From contig CAYTSO010000004.1 of the NCBI GenBank assembly GCA_964440545.1, positions 1-62,386 of the forward strand: a DNA stretch of 62,386 nt. Direction: 5' to 3'. Positions within the stretch are counted from its first letter, which is position 1. Every line of letters begins with the position of its first letter. The notes below the pieces were generated by a model. It ran no database searches and had not been told where the DNA came from. It saw nothing but the letters and a program-made list of their open reading frames with translations. Source of the DNA: an uncultured Candidatus Saccharibacteria bacterium. Lineage in GTDB: Bacteria; Patescibacteriota; Minisyncoccia; Phycocordibacterales; UBA9973. Made by a program: the position numbers and the translations under genes. This document shows, piece by piece, positions 57,317-62,386 of the stretch.

Positions 57317-58243
57317 ATGATATACGATTTAATAATTATTGGGGGTGGGCCGGCAGGTAGTGCAGCTGCTGTTTATGCAGCGCGTAAAAGACTAAAAACA
57401 CTTTTTGTCACATTCGAATGGGGCGGGCAGAGTGTCGTTTCGGAGAAAATTTATAACTGGATAGGTAGTGTTTCAATTTCTGGCGCAGAACTGGCAGAAA
57501 ATTTTAAAAAACACGTACTAGCCAATGTCGGAGAAAGCCTGGAAGTAAAAGAGGGAGAGAAAGTAAATATGATAGAAAAGCACACAGAAGGGTTTATTGT
57601 AAAAACAGACACTGGTCAAGAATATTTAACTAAAACAATTTTAATCGCTAGTGGAAGCGGACGCAGAAAACTTCCTGCTAAAAATGCTGACAAGTTGGAG
57701 CATAAGGGACTTACTTATTGCGCCTCCTGTGATGGTCCCCTCTTTGCGGACATGGATGTGGCTGTCATCGGTGGAGGCAATGCGGCTTTTGAAACAGCTG
57801 CTCAACTTCTCGCCTATTGCAAATCTGTTACCTTGATAAATAGAAGCGACACTTTTCGAGCCGATGAAATTACTGTAGAAAAAGTTTCAAAAAATCCAAA
57901 AATAAAAATAATTAAGAACGTAGAAATTTTAGAAATACTGGGCGAAAAGTTTGTAGAGGGGCTAGTTTACAAGGACAATATCACTAGCGAACAAAAAGAA
58001 TTGGGGGTTGCTGGTATTTTTATAGAAATCGGACAAATTCCAAACACCGATTTTGTTAAAGATTTAATTCCACTTGATAAAATCGGTAGAATAGAAATTG
58101 ACGCTTGGTCTCAAAAAACCAAAGTTTCAGGCATTTGGGCAGCCGGAGATTGCACTAATGTTCTCTATCACCAAAATAACATCGCCGCCGGCGATGCGGT
58201 TCGTGCTTTGGAAGACATCTATTTGGCAATACATACAAAATAA
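57317..58243 (+). CDS. trxB: Thioredoxin-disulfide reductase
   Basis: GGGPAG FAD motif, redox CASC (YCASCDGPLF), GGGNAA NADPH motif. Confidence 0.9.
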   Translation: MIYDLIIIGGGPAGSAAAVYAARKRLKTLFVTFEWGGQSVVSEKIYNWIGSVSISGAELAENFKKHVLANVGESLEVKEGEKVNMIEKHTEGFIVKTDTGQEYLTKTILIASGSGRRKLPAKNADKLEHKGLTYCASCDGPLFADMDVAVIGGGNAAFETAAQLLAYCKSVTLINRSDTFRADEITVEKVSKNPKIKIIKNVEILEILGEKFVEGLVYKDNITSEQKELGVAGIFIEIGQIPNTDFVKDLIPLDKIGRIEIDAWSQKTKVSGIWAAGDCTNVLYHQNNIAAGDAVRALEDIYLAIHTK

Positions 58244-58257
58244 AAAATTTTGTAAAT

Positions 58258-58342
58258 TGGCGGAGGGTACAGGACTTGAACCTGTAAGGGATTTCTCCCG
58301 CTGGTTTTCGAAACCAGTGCCATACCATTAGGCGAACCCTCC
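58258..58342 (-). tRNA. tRNA-Ser(CGA), class II, with encoded CCA
   Basis: The reverse complement is GGAGGGTTCGCCTAATGGTATGGCACTGGTTTCGAAAACCAG.... It has a long variable arm. Anticodon loop TTCGAAA. Confidence 0.9.
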
Positions 58343-58368
58343 TTGTCCTCTATGTTAAAACATCCGTA

Positions 58369-59541
58369 TTATTTCTGCAAAATTTTCGGCTGAAGAAAAA
58401 TAAAAACACTCATCGCAACAAAAGCTACTATTGCGGCAAAAATAAATGCATAAGTAGGACTAGAAACCCACAAAGTGCCTGCTATAACCGAAGCGGGAAG
58501 ATAAATAATTCCAACGGTAAAATTGTAAAAACCAATAGCGGTCGCTCGTCTTTCTTTTTCTATATCAGAGATGAAAGCCTTACCTTGGGCTTCATCAATG
58601 GTATAAAAAATACCGAATAATAAAAAGAGAGTAATTACTTGCCATTTTTCAGTAGCAAAAATAAAGCCTAGAGACATTAATATGTATGTTAAATATCCCA
58701 AGACAATAATATATTTTCTACCAATATAATCCCCCAGCCTGCCAATAGGCATAGAAAAAATTACAAAAGAAATATTAAAAAGAACATAAAGCAAAACCAC
58801 GTCCTTGACTGCAAACCCAATAAGATATGCCCTTAGAAGCAAAAAACCAAAACTAAAATAAGCTAAGGAAAAAATTCCAGCAGGAATAAGAAATAGTTTG
58901 AAACCTCGACTTAAAGTTCTCCAGGCTTTAAAAATATTTTCTCTTTCGTGGGGAATTCCCGGTTGATCCCTCATGGTAGAAAGTACCAAAACTGCTAACA
59001 CTGCGATAACAATAGCAAAAATGAAAATCAAATTGAAGATGCTTGTTTTCTGTCCAAAACATAGAAGAAAAAAATAGGCTACCAGCGGACCAAGGATGGC
59101 CCCGGCCTTGTCCATGGCTTTGTGAAGCCCGAAAGTATATCCACGCCTTGATTCGTCTGCCACAGCCGAAAGCCAGGCATCTCTAGGTGGACCACGGAAG
59201 CTTTTACCTAAACGTTCAATTATCCTAAAAGAAGCAAGCGCTACCACAGAACCACCCAACAACAACATAAATTTTGCTACGGAAGAAAAACCATAGCCAG
59301 CCAAGGTTAGAGATTTTCTTTTGCCTGTTTTATCTGAAAGCCAACCAGAAAAATAATCAAGTGAGGACGCGGAAAAATCAGCAAAACCTTCTATTAAACC
59401 TAGCAACGAAGCGGAAGCCCCCGCTACCGTGGTAAAAAAAATGGAAAAGATTGAAAAAATTGATTCAGAACTAACATCAGTCAAAAAACTCACAAGCCCT
59501 AGTTTGATCACATCAGGATGAACTTTGAAGAATCTTTGCAT
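58369..59541 (-). CDS. MFS transporter
   Basis: 390 aa, about 12 TM helices, with an MFS loop-like GKRKSL. Confidence 0.8.
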   Translation of the reverse strand: MQRFFKVHPDVIKLGLVSFLTDVSSESIFSIFSIFFTTVAGASASLLGLIEGFADFSASSLDYFSGWLSDKTGKRKSLTLAGYGFSSVAKFMLLLGGSVVALASFRIIERLGKSFRGPPRDAWLSAVADESRRGYTFGLHKAMDKAGAILGPLVAYFFLLCFGQKTSIFNLIFIFAIVIAVLAVLVLSTMRDQPGIPHERENIFKAWRTLSRGFKLFLIPAGIFSLAYFSFGFLLLRAYLIGFAVKDVVLLYVLFNISFVIFSMPIGRLGDYIGRKYIIVLGYLTYILMSLGFIFATEKWQVITLFLLFGIFYTIDEAQGKAFISDIEKERRATAIGFYNFTVGIIYLPASVIAGTLWVSSPTYAFIFAAIVAFVAMSVFIFLQPKILQK

Positions 59542-59542
59542 G

Positions 59543-59614
59543 TGACCCTACCGGGAATCGAACCCGGATTACCGGCTTGAAAAGCCGATGTCCTAACCGT
59601 TAGACGATAGGGCC
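59543..59614 (-). tRNA. tRNA-Glu(UUC)
   Basis: The reverse complement is GGCCCTATCGTCTAACGGTTAGGACATCGGCTTTTCAAGCCGG.... Anticodon loop TTTTCAA. Confidence 0.9.
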
Positions 59615-59661
59615 GTATGAAAAATATAACATTTTTAAGCCTAATTGCAAAATGTAAAACC

Positions 59662-59694
59662 AAAAAGAAAAGTCTCGATTCAAAGAACCGAGAC
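59662..59694 (-). terminator. Intrinsic terminator of cassette 9
   Basis: On the minus strand, GTCTCGGTTCTTTGAATCGAGAC is followed by TTTTCTTTTT. Confidence 0.6.
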
Positions 59695-59717
59695 ACAGAT
59701 TTTTTTTGCCTACAAAT

Positions 59718-59927
59718 TTATCCCGGAAGCACTTCCGCGGAAATACCCTTCTGAGCAAAGAACTCTTCGATGTCCTCCCTGCTTGTGCCGACAATCGACA
59801 CAACTGGGGGCTGTTGCCTCCAGCTGATCTCTACTAAGCCCCTTAAGAGACCCCTTCTTTTCAGCTCGGCAACAAGCCAAGTTATTTGATTTGGGGTGCA
59901 ATTCAGTATTCGAATCCTCATTTCCAT
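59718..59927 (-). CDS. Orphan small protein (69 aa), GC-rich cassette, second gene
   Basis: GAGGGGG, then 4 nt, then ATG 59927. MEMRIRILNCTPNQITWLVAELKRRGLLRGLVEISWRQQPPVVSIVGTSREDIEEFFAQKGISAEVLPG. Confidence 0.5.
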   Translation of the reverse strand: MEMRIRILNCTPNQITWLVAELKRRGLLRGLVEISWRQQPPVVSIVGTSREDIEEFFAQKGISAEVLPG

Positions 59928-59944
59928 CTTACCCCCTCTTTTGG

Positions 59945-60157
59945 TTAAAGCGTGAGATATTCCGCGTTTATCCCGGACAAGGCCAGGAACGGCGCCACGT
60001 CCGCAAACAATGCATCTTTTACCCGGACGATCCTATTCTTTTCGTCCTCTACCATTACCTCCTTTCCGTACAAAATCCGTCGAGTTTGATCTACAACGGA
60101 CTTGAAGGAATCCTTGTTGCCACCACCCGAACTTACCTTAATCAAAAGATCTGCCAT
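59945..60157 (-). CDS. Orphan small protein (70 aa), GC-rich cassette, first gene
   Basis: GGAGG, then 6 nt, then ATG 60157. MADLLIKVSSGGGNKDSFKSVVDQTRRILYGKEVMVEDEKNRIVRVKDALFADVAPFLALSGINAEYLTL. Confidence 0.5.
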   Translation of the reverse strand: MADLLIKVSSGGGNKDSFKSVVDQTRRILYGKEVMVEDEKNRIVRVKDALFADVAPFLALSGINAEYLTL

Positions 60158-60174
60158 GCCTCACCTCCAGGTAA

Positions 60175-60203
60175 TTTTTATCACACAAAAACTGCTTGGT
60201 CAA
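60175..60203 (-). promoter_or_regulatory. Sigma70-type promoter with an extended -10 (cassette 9)
   Basis: On the minus strand: TTGACC (60203-60198), 17-nt spacer ending in TGa, TAAAAA (60180-60175). Confidence 0.4.
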
Positions 60204-60251
60204 GGATATTTTGTTTGTTAATTTCAATTATATTTTTTATAATCGTTTTGT

Positions 60252-60839
60252 ATGGAAAAAAAACAAAAATTAGAAAACCTGCATAAAAAATGGACAAACG
60301 AATGCGAATGCGAGCTAAAAATAACAGCAACGCAAGCTGTACCTGGTGTAGGAAATGCGGAAGCTGAAATTGTTTTTATTGGCGAGGCACCGGGAAAATC
60401 TGAAGACAAACAAGGAGAACCATTTGTCGGGGCAGCTGGAAAATTTTTAAACGAAATGCTTGAACATATTAATCTAGAAAGAAAGGATGTTTATATTACC
60501 AACATCGTAAAATATCGCCCACCAAACAATCGTGACCCATTACCCGAGGAAAAATCTGCTTGCCGGCTATGGTTGTTAGAAGAGTTAAAAATAATCTCTC
60601 CCAAGGTTATAATTTTCCTCGGTCGCCATGCGATGAATAATTTCTTTCCGGACTTACAAATATCTAGCGCTCACGGAAAATTATTAATTAAACAATTTAA
60701 GGGCATGTCTACAAAATACTTCTTTCCCCTTTACCACCCAGCTGCCGCTTTGTATGACGGCTCTATGCGTGATGTTTTAATAAATGATTTTAGAAAAATC
60801 CCAAAAGTCTTAAAAAATATTGATAAACAAATAGCTTAG
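60252..60839 (+). CDS. udg: Uracil-DNA glycosylase, family 4
   Basis: [20 protein letters not shown] and HPAA motifs. Confidence 0.85.
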   Translation: MEKKQKLENLHKKWTNECECELKITATQAVPGVGNAEAEIVFIGEAPGKSEDKQGEPFVGAAGKFLNEMLEHINLERKDVYITNIVKYRPPNNRDPLPEEKSACRLWLLEELKIISPKVIIFLGRHAMNNFFPDLQISSAHGKLLIKQFKGMSTKYFFPLYHPAAALYDGSMRDVLINDFRKIPKVLKNIDKQIA

Positions 60840-60855
60840 TGTATAATCAAAAAAT

Positions 60856-62076
60856 ATGAAAAATCCATTTGAAAATGCTATGGCCCAGCTTGAAAAGGCC
60901 GCTAAAATAAAAAACTTTGATAAGGAATTCATTAATTGCTTAAAGCAGCCCGACCGAGATATAAGAATTTCCATACCAACTAAGCTGGACAACGGATCAT
61001 TAAAAATCTTTGAGGGTTATCGGGTGGAATATAACAACGCTCTTGGGCCATACAAAGGTGGTATCCGGTATCATCATAACACAGAAATAAACGAAGTTAG
61101 GGCGCTTGCTTTCTGGATGACCATAAAATGCGCCGTTGCGGGAATTCCCATGGGCGGTGGCAAGGGCGGAATCACTGTTGATCCGAAAGAATTATCTAAA
61201 GGAGAATTAGAAAGACTTTCTCGCGGTTGGGTACAAAAACTTTCTGACATATTGGGACCTCACAAAGATGTTCCCGCACCAGACGTAAACACTACCCCTG
61301 AAATTATGGCTTGGATGTCAGACGAATTTGAAAAAATTACCGGTGATAAGACCAGAGCGACTTTCACCGGAAAGCCGTTAGACAACGGTGGATCAGCTGG
61401 CCGAGGACCAGCTACGGGTCTCGGTGGGTTTTATGTCTTTAATTCATTGCGTGCTCAAATCGGACTTCCGGAAAAATGTAAAGTAGCCATTCAGGGTTTT
61501 GGAAATGTTGGAAGCAATGCTGCCCGTATTTTTACAGAAAATGGTCATACTGTTGTTGCTGTTTCAGATTCAAAAAGCGCAATAGTGAAAAATGATGGGT
61601 TGGATTTGGTAAAAGTTGAAGAGCATAAGAAAAATACTGGTGCCTTGAAAGATTTTCCTGGTGCAAAAAATATTACCAACGAAGAACTGCTTGAGCTTCC
61701 CTGTAATCTTTTGGTGCCAGCTGCCTTTGAAAACGTTATAACAGAAGCCAACGCACCAAAAATTAAAGCTGGAGCGATTCTAGAGCTCGCTAATGGTCCA
61801 GTAACCCCAGAGGCTGATGAAATATTGTTTAAAAAAAATATTCCAATAATTCCAGATGTTCTAGCAAATTCCGGCGGGGTGACAGTCTCATATTTTGAAT
61901 GGGACCAAAATTTAAAAAATGAAACTTGGACAGAAAAGGAAGTGAATGCTAGGCTTCTGCCAATGATGAACGACGCTGCTCAAAAAATATTTGAAAAGGC
62001 CAAAGAAAACAAAACACATCTCCGCATGGGGGCTTTTATCTTAGCGCTTGAAAGAATTCAAGAAAAAATGTTATAA
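60856..62076 (+). CDS. gdhA: Glu/Leu/Phe/Val dehydrogenase family (glutamate dehydrogenase)
   Basis: Catalytic Lys motif GGGKGG; Rossmann motif GFGNVG. Confidence 0.9.
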   Translation: MKNPFENAMAQLEKAAKIKNFDKEFINCLKQPDRDIRISIPTKLDNGSLKIFEGYRVEYNNALGPYKGGIRYHHNTEINEVRALAFWMTIKCAVAGIPMGGGKGGITVDPKELSKGELERLSRGWVQKLSDILGPHKDVPAPDVNTTPEIMAWMSDEFEKITGDKTRATFTGKPLDNGGSAGRGPATGLGGFYVFNSLRAQIGLPEKCKVAIQGFGNVGSNAARIFTENGHTVVAVSDSKSAIVKNDGLDLVKVEEHKKNTGALKDFPGAKNITNEELLELPCNLLVPAAFENVITEANAPKIKAGAILELANGPVTPEADEILFKKNIPIIPDVLANSGGVTVSYFEWDQNLKNETWTEKEVNARLLPMMNDAAQKIFEKAKENKTHLRMGAFILALERIQEKML

Positions 62077-62082
62077 ATTAAA

Positions 62083-62113
62083 GGCGCGCGGTTAGCACAG
62101 TTGTAGCGACGCC
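62083..62113 (+). repeat. Degenerate partial copy of the tRNA-Val 5' half
   Basis: GCGCGGTTAGCACAGTTGTAGCGACGCC compared with tRNA GCGCGGTTAGCTCAGTTGGTAGAGCGACCCC. Confidence 0.5.
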
Positions 62114-62122
62114 TAAAATTAC

Positions 62123-62195
62123 GCGCGGTTAGCTCAGTTGGTAGAGCGACCCCTTGACGTGGGGTAGGCCACAGGTTCGAATCCTGTATCGCGCA
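62123..62195 (+). tRNA. tRNA-Val(GAC)
   Basis: Acceptor stem GCGCGGT/ATCGCGC, anticodon stem ACCCC/GGGGT with loop TTGACGT, T-arm ACAGGTTCGAATCCTGT. Confidence 0.9.
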
Positions 62196-62297
62196 CTAGC
62201 AAGATAGCAACTAAACTGCTTTAGTTGCGTACAGAATTCGAAAGGAGTTTCATTGTTTTATAAAATAAAATTGAAACTCACCTGCCGATGTAGTCGG

Positions 62298-62318
62298 CGA
62301 ATCCTGTATCGCGCACCA
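62298..62318 (+). repeat. Direct repeat of the tRNA-Val 3' end (19/19 nt), here followed by CCA
   Basis: CGAATCCTGTATCGCGCAC at 62178-62196 and again at 62298-62316, exactly 120 nt apart. The second copy continues CA-GTTTTTTT. Confidence 0.7.
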
Positions 62319-62386
62319 GTTTTTTTAGATTCCCACCTCCCTACTAATCCACCCCTTTCTAGTAGAAACCGGTATTTCCTTGGTTC

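Noticed and set aside
62258-62386. Open minus-strand frame at the right window edge, running through the tRNA-Val 3' repeat
   Set aside because: There is no start in the window, and it crosses an A-run and a tRNA fragment. Another frame stops at 62359 (…NQGNTGFY*). Neither can be evaluated without sequence beyond the window.

Overview
This is a 62.4-kb low-GC chromosomal segment using the standard genetic code (TGA is a stop, e.g. ybeY at 54427-54429). My hand counts give 28-38% GC in typical genes. Gene content suggests a reduced-genome Patescibacteria/CPR (Parcubacteria-like) bacterium: streamlined core genes, a giant secreted repeat protein, a FecR/CHASE2 cyclase pair, an RRM protein, class I aldolase and MYG1. 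That taxonomy is inference only.

The backbone is ordinary core genome:
- rel, parB, murA, miaA
- alr-ddl-rseP-frr-holB-mreB
- priA, rsmI
- a complete F1Fo ATP synthase operon (atpZ-B-E-F-H-A-G-D-C)
- prfA, rpmE, rplY, fba, gatB, obg, rmuC, mscL
- the dcw cluster head (mraZ-rsmH-ftsL-ftsI-murF)
- lysS, greA, rpsU, ybeY, ftsA, ftsZ, trxB, udg, gdh
- 8 tRNAs, plus an rpmG missing from the ORF track

I found no rRNA, CRISPR array, cas gene, integrase, transposase or reverse transcriptase.

Main hunt results:
1. Nine compact, compositionally foreign transcription units (about 50-60% GC) are wedged into intergenic gaps. Most carry a near-consensus sigma70 promoter, and each has a strong GGAGG-type Shine-Dalgarno site, one to three orphan ORFs of 10-137 aa and its own terminator. 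Five of them cluster right after tRNA-Glu(CUC) at 41.8-45.1 kb.
2. Two of these units look like stand-alone structured RNAs. One is a roughly 160-nt GC-rich transcript at 19.44-19.60 kb. The other is a roughly 220-nt transcript at 50.47-50.69 kb built from two tandem long hairpins that share a GGGGAATCC/GGATTCCCC stem core.
3. Native operon-head genes show a -10 box followed by 6 nt and then ATG with no Shine-Dalgarno site. That is a leaderless signature and contrasts with the SD-led cassettes.
4. The PriA homolog keeps its four CxxC zinc motifs but has lost all ATPase/helicase motifs.
5. A tail-anchored pseudo-receiver domain protein lacks every phosphorylation residue.
6. tRNA-Val is flanked by partial copies of itself.

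None of the cassette functions can be assigned from sequence alone.
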